Positions 46,473-56,685 are shown, counted from the stretch's first letter. The stretch is 64,000 nt of DNA from Polyangiales bacterium (GCA_038231275.1 JBBRLQ010000035.1:9059-73058); one strand, 5' to 3'. The notes: generated by a model not told the origin, from the letters alone. Made by a program: numbers and translations.

Positions 46473-47579
46473 CTAGCGCCCGTAAAACGCGCGGATCTCG
46501 CCGATCATGAAGTCGACCTCGGGGTTCGTCAGGTACTGGTGCCCGGGCAAGGTCACGATGTCGGCGGCCTGCGCTTCGGCGATCGGGAAGTCGCCGCGCG
46601 CGTAGCCGAGATCTTTGGCCGCCGGCTGGAGGTGGAGCGGGATCGGGTAGTGGATCTTGATCTCGATCCCCTTCTTGCCCATCGCCGCGATGAGGTCCGC
46701 GCGTCGCTGGGCGCGCACCATCGTGAGCTGGTAGGCGTTGCGTCGCTCCTTCGGACGCGGCGGGCACGAGATCTCGGGCACGTCGGCGAGGCCCGCGAAG
46801 ATGCGCTCGGCGATGACGCAGCGCGCGTCGATCCAGCCGTCGACCTTGTCGAGCACGTGATTGGCGACGACCGCCTGAATGCTCTGGAGGCGCTGGTTGA
46901 TGCCCCAGATCGCGATCTCGTCGCGGTTGATCATGCCGTGGTTCCGGTACATGCGAAGCCACTCGGCGGCGCTCGCGTGGTGCGTTACCACGGCGCCACC
47001 GTCGCCCCACACATGGAGCGGCTTCAGCGGGTGCATGCTGAAGCCGGCGGCGTCGCCGAACGAGCCGGCGGCCTTTCCGGCGAACGTCGCGCCTACCGCC
47101 GGGCACGCGTCCTCGACGACGAGGAGCCCGCGTTTCTTCGCGATCGCCATGATCGCCGGCATGTCGGGAGGGAGGCCGCCCCAGTAGACCGGAAGGATCG
47201 CCCTTGTTTTCCCTGTGATCGCGGCTTCGAGCTTCGTCGCGTCCATGGCGTAGACGTCGTCGGTGTCGACGAAGACGGGGCGCGCGCCGACCGCGACGAT
47301 CGCGCCGGCGGTCGCGTAGAACGTGTTGACCTGGGTGATGACCTCGTCGCCTGCGCCGACGCGGAGCGCCTTCAACGCGAGGACGAGCGCATCTGTGCCG
47401 GTGTTCGTGCCGACCACGTGCGGCACCCCGATGCGCGCTCCGAGCCGTCGCTCGAACTCGAGGACCGGCGCGCCGATCGTGAAATCACCGGTCCGCGCGA
47501 GCTCTTTGATCTTGCCGAGGATGGCGTCGATCTCCGGCTCGTCGAACTGACGGTCCAAGTAGCTGTAAGGGACTTTCAT
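46473..47579 (-). CDS. DegT/DnrJ/EryC1/StrS aminotransferase
   Basis: GTDAL, EDAC, FSMHPLK (PLP Lys), GDGG, HYPIPLH. Confidence 0.9.
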   Translation of the reverse strand: MKVPYSYLDRQFDEPEIDAILGKIKELARTGDFTIGAPVLEFERRLGARIGVPHVVGTNTGTDALVLALKALRVGAGDEVITQVNTFYATAGAIVAVGARPVFVDTDDVYAMDATKLEAAITGKTRAILPVYWGGLPPDMPAIMAIAKKRGLLVVEDACPAVGATFAGKAAGSFGDAAGFSMHPLKPLHVWGDGGAVVTHHASAAEWLRMYRNHGMINRDEIAIWGINQRLQSIQAVVANHVLDKVDGWIDARCVIAERIFAGLADVPEISCPPRPKERRNAYQLTMVRAQRRADLIAAMGKKGIEIKIHYPIPLHLQPAAKDLGYARGDFPIAEAQAADIVTLPGHQYLTNPEVDFMIGEIRAFYGR

Positions 47580-48688
47580 GGCGCGTAGAAGGAGCGGACC
47601 GCGTCGATGACGAGATCCTTCTGTTCGGGGTCCATCTCGGCGTAGAGCGGCAAGCTCACGATGCGTGACGTGAGCCACTTCGTGTTTGGAAACTCGTCCA
47701 TGCGCACGCCGAGGTCGCGCGCGGCGGGCTGCTCGGGGATCGCGATCGGATAGTGGACCTTGGCGTCGACGCCCCGGGCCGCGAGGTGTTCGAGGAGCGC
47801 GGCGCGGCGCTCGGCCTGGATCACGAACGTCTGGTACGTGTGAAATTGTCCGTCGCGCTCGCGCGGCACGCCGACGACGCCCTCGAGCCGCGCGCACATG
47901 TCGAGCGCGATCGCGCGGCGCTCGTCGATCCAACCGTCGAGGTGCGTGAGCATGACATTCAAGATGGCCGCCTGGATGGTGTCGAGGCGCGAGTTGGTGC
48001 TCCATAGCTCCACCTCGTCACGTGTGCGGAGACCGTGATTTCTCGCCTTTTTGAGCCATTCGTAAAGAGTCTCGTCGTTCGTCGTGATGACGCCGGCGTC
48101 GCCAATGCCGTGGAGGTTCTTGAGCGGGTGCAGGCTGAAGCATGCCGCGCGGGCGAGGCCACCGACGCGCTTGCCGCCGAGACGTGAGCCGACCGCCTGC
48201 GCCGCGTCCTCGATGACCGGCACGCCGCGCGCGCTCGCGATCGCGAGGATCGCCTCCATGTCGGCCGGGCGGCCCGCGAGGTGGACCGGGATGATGGCCT
48301 TCGTCTTCGGTCCGATCGCCGCCGCGAGCTTCGCCGGATCGAGGTTCATCTCGTCTTTCGTGACGTCGACGAAGCGCGGGGTGGCGCCGATGAGCGCGGC
48401 GCACGACGCGGAGGCGACGAACGAGTTGGGCGCGGTGATCACCTCGTCGCCCGGGCCGACGCCGAGCCCGCGCAGCGTGAGGATGAGCGCCATCGTCCCG
48501 TCCGACACGCCGACGGCGAAGCGGGTGCCGCAGTACTCGGCGAAGCGTCGCTCGAACTCGGCGACCTCGGGCCCGAGGACGTACATGCCGTGGTCGACGA
48601 CCTTCTCGATCGCCGCCATCAGCTCCGCCTTTACGCGGCGGGTGCGCCGCGCCAGAGCGACGTAGGGGACTTTCATCGGGGGCGGCAT
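47576..48688 (-). CDS. DegT/DnrJ/EryC1/StrS aminotransferase (second copy)
   Basis: EDAAQA, FSLHPLKNL, GDAG, NSRLD, HYP; start 48688 or 48676. Confidence 0.9.
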   Translation of the reverse strand: MPPPMKVPYVALARRTRRVKAELMAAIEKVVDHGMYVLGPEVAEFERRFAEYCGTRFAVGVSDGTMALILTLRGLGVGPGDEVITAPNSFVASASCAALIGATPRFVDVTKDEMNLDPAKLAAAIGPKTKAIIPVHLAGRPADMEAILAIASARGVPVIEDAAQAVGSRLGGKRVGGLARAACFSLHPLKNLHGIGDAGVITTNDETLYEWLKKARNHGLRTRDEVELWSTNSRLDTIQAAILNVMLTHLDGWIDERRAIALDMCARLEGVVGVPRERDGQFHTYQTFVIQAERRAALLEHLAARGVDAKVHYPIAIPEQPAARDLGVRMDEFPNTKWLTSRIVSLPLYAEMDPEQKDLVIDAVRSFYAP

Positions 48689-48689
48689 G

Positions 48690-49340
48690 TCACTCCGTCA
48701 ACGTCCAATGGTACTCCCCCGTGTAGCCCGCCTGCGCGAAGACCTCGCGCCAGCCGACGGGGTCGAAGTAGGTGAGCGCCGTGAGCTGCCAGCGCAGAAA
48801 CTTCGTCTTTTGCTCCTCGTCGAGCCACGAGTCGACTTGCACATAGGCGTGCTTTCCGACGCGCTCGATCTCGCGCAATGCCTGGATGCAGCGCGGGAGC
48901 TCGAGGTTGTGGACGACGTTGATGGCGATGACCACGTCGAACGAGTCGTCCGGAAACGGCAGCGCGTCGGCGCTCGCGCACACCAGGTGTGGCTTCACGT
49001 CCTCCATCGCGTTTTGGATGGCGTACTCGGAAACATCGACGCCGCGAACCTCGAGATCCGGCACCACCGTCGCGAGATCGTGCAGAAGGAACCCCTTCGC
49101 GCAGCCGACGTCGAGGACGCGATGACCGGCGCGGAGGCCGTAGAAATCCCGCATTCGCTCGGCGACCTTCACCCAGCGGCCGTCGTAGCGGTAGCCGCCG
49201 TAGCCCTGCCCGCGATCGCCATCGAAATACTCGCGGCCGAATTTTTTCGCGATCTCGCGCTCGCTGGGGACGGCGGCGGCGCGCGCGTCGATGTCGCGCT
49301 TGGTCCGCGGGTAGCTGTCGAGGAGGTTCACTTCGCGCAC
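48690..49340 (-). CDS. Class I SAM-dependent methyltransferase
   Basis: VLDVGCAKG, GVDVSEYA, LPFPDDSFD. Confidence 0.85.
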   Translation of the reverse strand: MREVNLLDSYPRTKRDIDARAAAVPSEREIAKKFGREYFDGDRGQGYGGYRYDGRWVKVAERMRDFYGLRAGHRVLDVGCAKGFLLHDLATVVPDLEVRGVDVSEYAIQNAMEDVKPHLVCASADALPFPDDSFDVVIAINVVHNLELPRCIQALREIERVGKHAYVQVDSWLDEEQKTKFLRWQLTALTYFDPVGWREVFAQAGYTGEYHWTLTE

Positions 49341-50620
49341 GCGTCGCCTCGCCCCATGACGACGTGCTCCACGCCCGCGAGCCGCGTCTTCTCGGTGACG
49401 CCGACCCCGTCGATGACGAGAGGGCGTCGCATCGTGCGGAGCGCGGCGAGGTCCGGCTTCGCGAACACGTCCCAGTCGGTCATGACGAGGAGCGCATCGG
49501 CGCCGGCCAGCGCTTCATCGCGCGACGCGGCGAGCGTGAGCCCGCCTTCTTCTGGGACACGCACGATCGGATCGTACGCGCGAACGGTCGCGCGCCCGCG
49601 AAGCTCGCCGAGGACCTTCAGGGACATCGAGTTCTTCGTCGAGTCAGTGTCCTTCTTGTACGCGAGCCCCCACACCGCGAGGACCGGCGCCTTGGTGCGC
49701 GCGAAGACGAGCGCGTCGAGCTTGCGCCGAACCCACGCGTAGCGTCGCGCGTTGTAGTCGAGGAGCGTCTCGATGAACGCGACGTCGACCGCGCGCGCCG
49801 CCCCGAGCTCTTTCAACGTCACCATGTCGCGCTCGAGGTTGCCGCCGGCGATTCCCAGGCCCGGCCGAATGTACGCGGACCGTCCGATGCGTGCGTCCTC
49901 GCGAAGCGCGGGGACCATCTCGCCCCAATCGGCGCCGACGCCCTCGCAGAGATCGGAGAGCGTGTTCGCGTACGTGACTGCGGCGCACAGGTAGAGGTTG
50001 ATCGCCGTCTTGGTGAGCTCGGCGCTCTCATAGCGCATCGGAAAGAGCGGGCAGCCGAAGCGACGCAGGCCTTCTTCGAGCCGCGGAGGCAGGGGCGACG
50101 TGGGATCGGCGCAGCCGAGGATGATCCTCTCCGGCTTCAGGAAACGGTCGAGCGCGCGGCCGAAGATGAGCGTCTCCACCCAGTAAATCACGGTAATTTT
50201 GGCGGCCGGACGCGCCGCGGCGACCTTCTCGGCGAGCGCGCGCATGAATCCTGGTGACACTTGGCTCATCACGGCGAGCGTCGCGCCCGCGGCGAGGTGC
50301 GGAATCGTCCGCTCGAGGAGCTCGTGCACGACACTGGGATCGCTGACGCCATTCTCGTCGGTGGGGACGTCGCGCGAGAGGACCACGAGCGAGGCTTCGG
50401 CGACACGCGCGAGATCCGTCGTGAACGTCATCCGCGCGCGCGACGCCGTGAGGAGCTCGGCCAGCCCCGGCTCGTGCAGCGGCGCCTCCGCGCGCGAGAG
50501 CTTGGCGATTCGCTGGGCGTCGGGATCGATCCCGATGACCTCGCTGCCCATGCTCGCCCAGCCCACGCTCGACACGAGGCCGAGGTGCGACAAGCCCACG
50601 AACGCCGTGCGGCCGGTCAC
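49328..50620 (-). CDS. UDP-glucose/GDP-mannose dehydrogenase-like protein (atypical)
   Basis: GLSHLG, HEPGL, PERI, SAELTK, D-x-RIG, GLAYKKDT, YDP; GIAGGNLERD where GGxCxxKD is usual. Confidence 0.8.
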   Translation of the reverse strand: MTGRTAFVGLSHLGLVSSVGWASMGSEVIGIDPDAQRIAKLSRAEAPLHEPGLAELLTASRARMTFTTDLARVAEASLVVLSRDVPTDENGVSDPSVVHELLERTIPHLAAGATLAVMSQVSPGFMRALAEKVAAARPAAKITVIYWVETLIFGRALDRFLKPERIILGCADPTSPLPPRLEEGLRRFGCPLFPMRYESAELTKTAINLYLCAAVTYANTLSDLCEGVGADWGEMVPALREDARIGRSAYIRPGLGIAGGNLERDMVTLKELGAARAVDVAFIETLLDYNARRYAWVRRKLDALVFARTKAPVLAVWGLAYKKDTDSTKNSMSLKVLGELRGRATVRAYDPIVRVPEEGGLTLAASRDEALAGADALLVMTDWDVFAKPDLAALRTMRRPLVIDGVGVTEKTRLAGVEHVVMGRGDACAK

Positions 50621-51534
50621 GCCGGCCCCTCGAGTGTCGCCTTCGCCGCGTTCATGATGACGCGCGACACCCACGCGTCGTTCGCGCCGCTCGTCTTCTT
50701 CGCGCGGGCTTGCTCCTCGAAGTGCGCGAGGTCCAGGGTCCACGTCGGATCGGGGCCGGTCGCGATCTCCCGGATTTCCTCGGGCGCGCCGCTCGGCAAG
50801 GTTCGCTTCCAGAAGAGGAGCTCGCTCTTGCCCCACTTGGTGAGACCATCCATGAGGAGCGCGCCCTTCTCGCCGACGACCTCGATCTGCCAGCGGTTCT
50901 TATAGGAGAGGAAGCTCACCTCGATCGTGAGCGTGCGATCCTCCGAGGCGAGCATCGCGTGATCGATGCCCTGCAGCTCGTAGCCTCGCCGCTGCCAGAC
51001 GCGAAACTCTTGCCCGCCCTTGCCGAACACGAAGCCGGCGAGATCGACGAGGTGGCTCGCGAGATCTTCGAGCACGCCGTACGTGCTGTCGCGCCAAGTG
51101 CCGAGGTGATCGCGCGCGGTGCCGTTCCCGTAGAACATGCGCACGCGGTAAATGGCGCCGAGCGCGCCGGCGTCGAGGTGGCGCTTGAGCGCGACGACGT
51201 TCGGCTCGAAGTGGAAGTTGTACGACGTGTACCAAACGGCGCCGTGCGACGCGGCGCGCGCAGACAGATCCTGCACTTCGGCGGCGTCGAGGAGGAACGG
51301 CTTCTCGACGAGCGCGTGCTTGCCGCGATCGAGGAGCCAGCGCACCTGACCGAGCTTCACCGGGTTCGGCACCGCGAGGACCGCCGCGTCGAAGGTGCTC
51401 GGGTCGCAGTCCTCGAGGGCTTTGTGGTCGGCGGCGGGGTTGACGGGATCGACCGTCGCGACGCATCGAGCCCCAAGCGCCGCCTTCCTTTTGCCGCCGA
51501 TGTTGCCGAGGCCGACGACGACGTACCGCATCAT
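50617..51534 (-). CDS. Gfo/Idh/MocA oxidoreductase
   Basis: VGLGNIG, HALVEKP, DLASH. Confidence 0.85.
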   Translation of the reverse strand: MMRYVVVGLGNIGGKRKAALGARCVATVDPVNPAADHKALEDCDPSTFDAAVLAVPNPVKLGQVRWLLDRGKHALVEKPFLLDAAEVQDLSARAASHGAVWYTSYNFHFEPNVVALKRHLDAGALGAIYRVRMFYGNGTARDHLGTWRDSTYGVLEDLASHLVDLAGFVFGKGGQEFRVWQRRGYELQGIDHAMLASEDRTLTIEVSFLSYKNRWQIEVVGEKGALLMDGLTKWGKSELLFWKRTLPSGAPEEIREIATGPDPTWTLDLAHFEEQARAKKTSGANDAWVSRVIMNAAKATLEGPA

Positions 51535-53066
51535 CGGAAGTTCATCCGCTCCTCGATCGACTTGAGCTTCGCCTCGACGTCCTCCGGACTCACCGGCTGG
51601 TTGCCCTGCCGCTCGCACGCGACGGCAGCCGCGACGGCGCCGAGGATCGCGGCGATGCAGATGTCGCCGGTGACCGCCAGCGCGAGCGACGCGTACGCGA
51701 GCAGCGCGTCGCCGGCGCCGATCGGATCGCTGAGGCGATCGACGACGGTGTCCACGGTGAAGAACTCGCGCGGCTCGAAGCCCGCGGTGCGGTAGCCGAG
51801 GAGCCCGCGCTCGCCCATCTTCAAGATGAGGTGCTTCGAGCGCGCCTTCTTCATGAGCTCGAGGGCGAGCGGCCGCACCACCGAGTCCTGATCGCCGAGC
51901 GCGAAGCGGGCCTCGCGCTCGTTGGGCGTGAGGAGATCGAAATCCGTGAACTCGAGGATGTTGCCCCAGCGATTCGACACCTGGCTGTCGGCGACCTTGA
52001 TCGCCTTCGTGGGAATCGCGTCCTTGAGCCGCCCAATCGTGTCGCGGTTGAAGATGCCGTGCCGGAAATCGCTGAAGATCACGATGTCAGCGTCCGTCGA
52101 CGTGAGGCGGTCGAGGAGGTAACCCATCACCTTCTCGCTGATGCGCCGGTTGTCGACGCGATCGACCTGCAGCATCTTGTGCCCGTCGGCGATGAAGCGC
52201 TCTTTGTGCGTCGTGGGGCGCGAGCGATCGACGAACGGCTGGCACTCGACGCCCGCGTCGGCCAGGTCCTTGAGGACGAACTCGGAGAGCGCGTCCTCGC
52301 CGAGCACGGTGGTGAACGACACGTCGGCGCCCGCAGCCTTCACGTGGCGCGCGACGACCGCGGCGCCGCCCGTGAAGCGCTCGGTGTGGTCGTGCTTCAC
52401 GCTGAACGTCGGGCTCTTGGCCGTCGCGCCGAGGAGCGAGCAGTAGCTGTAGCTGTCCACGATCGTGTCGCCCACGACGTGCACCTTCATTTTCCAGGCT
52501 TTTCGCACCGGCTCGCGCAGCTTGTCGAAGGTGACGCCCTCCGACTCCATGAGCGAGGCGAGCTTGGTGACGCCGAGCGACGGGCGGTGCGCCTCGATGA
52601 GCGCGGACGACGAGTAGACGACGTCGCCAGGCGTGAAGACGATCTCGCCCCCGTACCCCTCCAGCGTGTCCATCTCTTCGCGCGTCCGCGGAGGCACGCC
52701 GTCTGCGAAGTATTCGTAGCCCTTCGCGTAGTAGTCGGGCTGAAGGCGCTTGATGTGCTCGATCGGCGTCGCGTGCGGGTCGATGATGACGTAGTCGACG
52801 AACTCGAGCGCCGCGAGGTTCTGCGCGCGGAGATCTTGCGGCACGTATGGCCGCATCGTGCCCTTCGTGGCGTGGATGTCGGCGGTGAGGCTCGCGATGA
52901 GAATGTCGGCCTTCTCCTTCGCGTACATCAAGTGCCGGAGGTGGCCGGGGTGCACGATGTCGAACATCCCGTGGCACATGATGACCGAGCGCGTGCGCGG
53001 ACGCGGGCCGATCGCCGCGGCGAGCTCCTCGAGCTTCTTCACCTTCTTCGAGAAATCAGGCTTCAT
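51531..53066 (-). CDS. Bifunctional cytidylyltransferase-family + PfkB kinase (HldE-like, reversed order)
   Basis: N-terminal GMFDIVHPGH, KG-x-EY, YSSS; C-terminal TPNEREAR, DPIGAGDA. Confidence 0.85.
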   Translation of the reverse strand: MKPDFSKKVKKLEELAAAIGPRPRTRSVIMCHGMFDIVHPGHLRHLMYAKEKADILIASLTADIHATKGTMRPYVPQDLRAQNLAALEFVDYVIIDPHATPIEHIKRLQPDYYAKGYEYFADGVPPRTREEMDTLEGYGGEIVFTPGDVVYSSSALIEAHRPSLGVTKLASLMESEGVTFDKLREPVRKAWKMKVHVVGDTIVDSYSYCSLLGATAKSPTFSVKHDHTERFTGGAAVVARHVKAAGADVSFTTVLGEDALSEFVLKDLADAGVECQPFVDRSRPTTHKERFIADGHKMLQVDRVDNRRISEKVMGYLLDRLTSTDADIVIFSDFRHGIFNRDTIGRLKDAIPTKAIKVADSQVSNRWGNILEFTDFDLLTPNEREARFALGDQDSVVRPLALELMKKARSKHLILKMGERGLLGYRTAGFEPREFFTVDTVVDRLSDPIGAGDALLAYASLALAVTGDICIAAILGAVAAAVACERQGNQPVSPEDVEAKLKSIEERMNFR

Positions 53067-54046
53067 TTCATGAACTCGAACCACGCGCGCGTGGCTTCCT
53101 GGATGCGGTCGGGCGTCCACACCGGCGCCGATTTCCACGCGTCGATCTCGGCCAGCATCGCCGCGACGCCGTTCTCGAACCGCACCGTCGGCGACCACCC
53201 GAGCGCCGCGATCCGCGTCGTGTCGGCCCACGTCGTGTCGGGCTCGCCGGGCCGCTTGGGGACGTACACGACCTCGCCGCCGATCAGCTCGATGAGGCGG
53301 TTCACGGTCTGCGGATCGTTCGACCCGAGGTTGTAGACCGCGCCGCTCGGGGATTTCTCCGCTGCGAGAAGGAACGCCTCCGCGACGTCGGTGACGAAGA
53401 CGAAGTCGCGCCGCTGGGTCCCGTCGCCGACGACCGTGAAGGGCTTGCCGTTCACCTTCTGCGCGAGAAAAACTCCGAAGACCGCGCCGTACGCGCCGGT
53501 CGTGCGGACGCGCGGACCGTAGACGTTGAACATGCGAATGGACGCGACCGGGAGCTTGTAGACCTTCCCCCAGTGCAGCGCCGCCATCTCGCCCATGTAC
53601 TTGCTGAGCGCGTACGGATACTCGGGCCGGATCGGCGCGCCCTCGGTCGTCGGCAACTCGGTCGCCACGCCGTAACAAGAGGAGGAGGCGGCATAGACGA
53701 ACTTTTCGACGCCCGCGCGGCGCGACGCTTCGAGGACGGCGAGGGTGCCGTCGACGTTCGCGCGCATGTAGGCGATCGGCTTCTCGATGGAGGGGACGAT
53801 GTCGCCGATGCCGCCGAAGTGGAAGACGTACTTCGCCTCCTTGAAGATGTCCGTATCCGCCGGGAGATCGCACATGTCGATCTCGTAGAGGACGACGCGC
53901 CGATCGCCTGCGTAGTGCGCGAGGTTCTCGCGGCGGCCGGTGATCAGGTTGTCGACCACGCCGACCTCGAACCCGCGGGCGACGAGCAGGTCGACCATGT
54001 GGCTGCCGATGAAGCCTGCCCCGCCGGTGACGATCGCGCGGGGCAT
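53063..54046 (-). CDS. NAD-dependent epimerase/dehydratase
   Basis: TGGAGFIGSH, ASSS, YALSK, FNVYGPR, GDGTQRRDF. Confidence 0.9.
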   Translation of the reverse strand: MPRAIVTGGAGFIGSHMVDLLVARGFEVGVVDNLITGRRENLAHYAGDRRVVLYEIDMCDLPADTDIFKEAKYVFHFGGIGDIVPSIEKPIAYMRANVDGTLAVLEASRRAGVEKFVYAASSSCYGVATELPTTEGAPIRPEYPYALSKYMGEMAALHWGKVYKLPVASIRMFNVYGPRVRTTGAYGAVFGVFLAQKVNGKPFTVVGDGTQRRDFVFVTDVAEAFLLAAEKSPSGAVYNLGSNDPQTVNRLIELIGGEVVYVPKRPGEPDTTWADTTRIAALGWSPTVRFENGVAAMLAEIDAWKSAPVWTPDRIQEATRAWFEFMK

Positions 54047-54048
54047 CG

Positions 54049-55050
54049 TCAGCCGATCCCGCGGGCTTGGATCGCCTTCACGTTGAAGTAGCGCACGTCG
54101 GTGAGCGAGCCGGGCAAGCGCCCCGCCTTGAACGCGTGGCACATGCCGACGACCGCGTCCTCGATCGTCCGCTTCGGCGCCCAGCCGAGCTCTCGCCGGA
54201 TCTTCTCGCTCGACACGTGGTACGAGCGCAAATCGTTGGACGGCACCGTCTCGAGGGTGATGGCGCCTCGCTCCGGCATCTCGCGCGTCACGACGTCCTT
54301 CACCATCGCGCCGAGCTGCGCGACCGTGTGGTTCTCGTAGCCGGCGTTGAACGTCTTCCCGGCGATCTTCTCCTTCGGCATCGTCATGAGCTCGACGTAG
54401 AGATCGGAGATGTCCTCGACGTGGATGTTCGGCCGCTTCTGCGCGCCGCCGAAGATCGTGATTTTGCCGTTGTTCACGGCCAAATTCGTGAGGATGTTCA
54501 CGGTGAGGTCGAGGCGCATGCGCGGCGAGTAGCCGCACACGGTGGCGGGGCGGATGATGACCGTCGTGAAGTCGTCGCTCTGGTAGCGAAGGAGGATCGG
54601 CTCGCACATCCCCTTGAACTTGTTGTAGTCGGTGAGCGGCACGAGGGGATGGTCCTCGGTGACCTCCGGCGCGTCGCTGACGCCGTACACGCTCGACGTC
54701 GAGGCGTAGACGAAGCGCTTCACGCCGGCCTCTTTCGAGATGCGGACCAGCGGCTCGAAGGCGTCGTAGTTGATCGACTTCGAGAGCTCGGGGTTCAGCT
54801 CGAAGCTCGGATCGTTCGACACGCACGCGAGGTGGATGACGACGTCGACGCCGCGCAGCGCCGTGGCGAGCACTGCGGCGTCGCGCAGATCACCCTTCGT
54901 CTCTTCGAGGTTCGGGTTGCCCTTCGGCAACACGTCGTCGCCGAACAAATAGAGATCCAAGACGCGCACGCGGTAGCCGCGCGCGAGAAGCTTCGGCACG
55001 AGCACGGCGCCGACATAGCCCGCGCCGCCAGTGACAAGGACGGTTTGCAT
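54049..55050 (-). CDS. NAD-dependent epimerase/dehydratase (extended SDR)
   Basis: TGGAGYVG, SNDPS, YNKFK, RPATVCG, RLDL. Confidence 0.9.
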   Translation of the reverse strand: MQTVLVTGGAGYVGAVLVPKLLARGYRVRVLDLYLFGDDVLPKGNPNLEETKGDLRDAAVLATALRGVDVVIHLACVSNDPSFELNPELSKSINYDAFEPLVRISKEAGVKRFVYASTSSVYGVSDAPEVTEDHPLVPLTDYNKFKGMCEPILLRYQSDDFTTVIIRPATVCGYSPRMRLDLTVNILTNLAVNNGKITIFGGAQKRPNIHVEDISDLYVELMTMPKEKIAGKTFNAGYENHTVAQLGAMVKDVVTREMPERGAITLETVPSNDLRSYHVSSEKIRRELGWAPKRTIEDAVVGMCHAFKAGRLPGSLTDVRYFNVKAIQARGIG

Positions 55051-55104
55051 ATTCGTTCTCAGCTCGTTTCCCAGCGTCGATTTTCTCCCCTGTGCGCGCC
55101 GCGG

Positions 55105-55923
55105 TCAAACGGAAGCCGAAGGCGAGAGGTCACGGGCGAAGGCGTCCAGGACCTGGTCCGCACGTTTTGGCACGAAACCAAGCGCGGTCGCGTGTGAGAC
55201 GTCGACGCCAACGGTCGGAGCATTTGCGTCGCCCACACGAATGGGCGATCGCGATCCGAGGCGCGATCGAAGACCTTCGACGGTCTCGCGCACCGTCCGC
55301 GGCTCGACGCAGCCCAGCACCGCGCGCTCGAAGCCGGTCCACCCTCCCGCCACGAGGCGAACGACGAAGTCGGCGAGCTCGCTCGTGTGGACCATGCTCG
55401 TGAACGGCGCGTCGGGCGAGTGGATCGTGATCGCCTCGCCGGCGAGGAGCGCCTGCGCGACGCGCGCGAGCCAAGGACGATGCGCCCCCGCGCCGAGCAC
55501 GCCTGGCAAACGGAGCGCAATCGACGCAAACGGCGGAGACGCGTCGGACAGCACCTCTTCCCCTCGAAGCTTCGAGAGACCGTACGGGTCGGGAAGGGCG
55601 ACCTTCGATCCTTCGTCGAGCACCGGCGTCGATTGCGCGCCGTACACGGAGATCGAAGAGAGGTAGACGAACGTGCGGACGCCGTGAGTGCGGGCCCATT
55701 CGGCCACGTTCCTCGTCGCGTCGACGTTCGCGCGCACGAGCTCGTCCGGCGTCGCGCCTTGGAGTCGCGCGGCCGCATGAACGACCGCCTCGACCTCCCC
55801 TTCCACATCCACCCCGAGCGCCAAATCTCCGCTCGGCGCGACGACCTCGTGGCCCGCCGTCCTCAACGCGACGGCGAGGTGCCGCCCCACGAATCCCCGC
55901 GCGCCGGTGACGAGGACCTTCAC
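55105..55923 (-). CDS. NAD-dependent epimerase/reductase
   Basis: TGARGFVG, SSISVYG, YGLSK; GTGA overlap with GT2 stop. Confidence 0.85.
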   Translation of the reverse strand: MKVLVTGARGFVGRHLAVALRTAGHEVVAPSGDLALGVDVEGEVEAVVHAAARLQGATPDELVRANVDATRNVAEWARTHGVRTFVYLSSISVYGAQSTPVLDEGSKVALPDPYGLSKLRGEEVLSDASPPFASIALRLPGVLGAGAHRPWLARVAQALLAGEAITIHSPDAPFTSMVHTSELADFVVRLVAGGWTGFERAVLGCVEPRTVRETVEGLRSRLGSRSPIRVGDANAPTVGVDVSHATALGFVPKRADQVLDAFARDLSPSASV

Positions 55924-56633
55924 CGACGCGGCCGCCCTCCTCGCACCCGGAGCTGCCAGAAGAGGCGCCCGATCGCGGTGGCGACGCCGACGACGTTCTT
56001 CGGACGGAACGCGGCGCTCGTCCCGCTCGTGCGCGGCACCATCTCGCAGCCGACCTCCACGTACGTCGCGCCGTCGCGCAAGAGGCGCAGGAGGATCTCG
56101 GTCTGGTAGGCGAAGCTGTCGGTCCACCCGCCGAGGCCGCGGAGCAACTCGGTGCGGTGGATGACGGCGCCGTTGAAGTACTTCAGATCGAGCCCGAAGA
56201 GCGTGTTCATGAGCGTCGTGTAGGTCACCGACACGACGCGGCGCGCAGGCGTTCGCACCTCCATGTTCGTGACGAAGTGGATGACGATGTCCGCGTCGCC
56301 GAGGCGATCCACGAGGCTCGTCAGCGCTTGCGGCGGCAGCTCGTTGTCGCCGGGCACGTAGACGTAGTTCGCGTGCTTGGCGCGCGCGAGGCCGACTTTG
56401 TACGCGTACCCGAGGCCTCGCGGCGTCGGATGGTGCACGACGGTGACGAGCGGATCGTCGGCGGCCGCGGCGTCGGCGACGGCCCCGGTGTCGTCCGTCG
56501 AGCCGTCGTTGACGACGATGATCTCGTAGGCGTCGACGCGCGGCTTCACGATCGAACGAACCGTCTCGATCGTGGGACCGATGTTCTTCCCCTCGTTCAG
56601 CGCCGGAACCATGATTGTCAGCGTCCGCGACAC
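55920..56633 (-). CDS. GT2 glycosyltransferase (polyprenol-phosphate sugar synthase-like)
   Basis: PALNE, VNDGSTD, GLGYA, PGD; short single domain. Confidence 0.85.
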   Translation of the reverse strand: MSRTLTIMVPALNEGKNIGPTIETVRSIVKPRVDAYEIIVVNDGSTDDTGAVADAAAADDPLVTVVHHPTPRGLGYAYKVGLARAKHANYVYVPGDNELPPQALTSLVDRLGDADIVIHFVTNMEVRTPARRVVSVTYTTLMNTLFGLDLKYFNGAVIHRTELLRGLGGWTDSFAYQTEILLRLLRDGATYVEVGCEMVPRTSGTSAAFRPKNVVGVATAIGRLFWQLRVRGGRPRR

Positions 56634-56685
56634 ACGGCAAGGCTAACACCCAAGCGCCCGATTCAGCCCGTGTAAGATGCACCCC

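Noticed and set aside
45511..47106. Apparent 872-aa E1-beta with long N-terminus
   Set aside because: Arg-rich off-frame read through E1-alpha and DegT; the real start is GTG 45510
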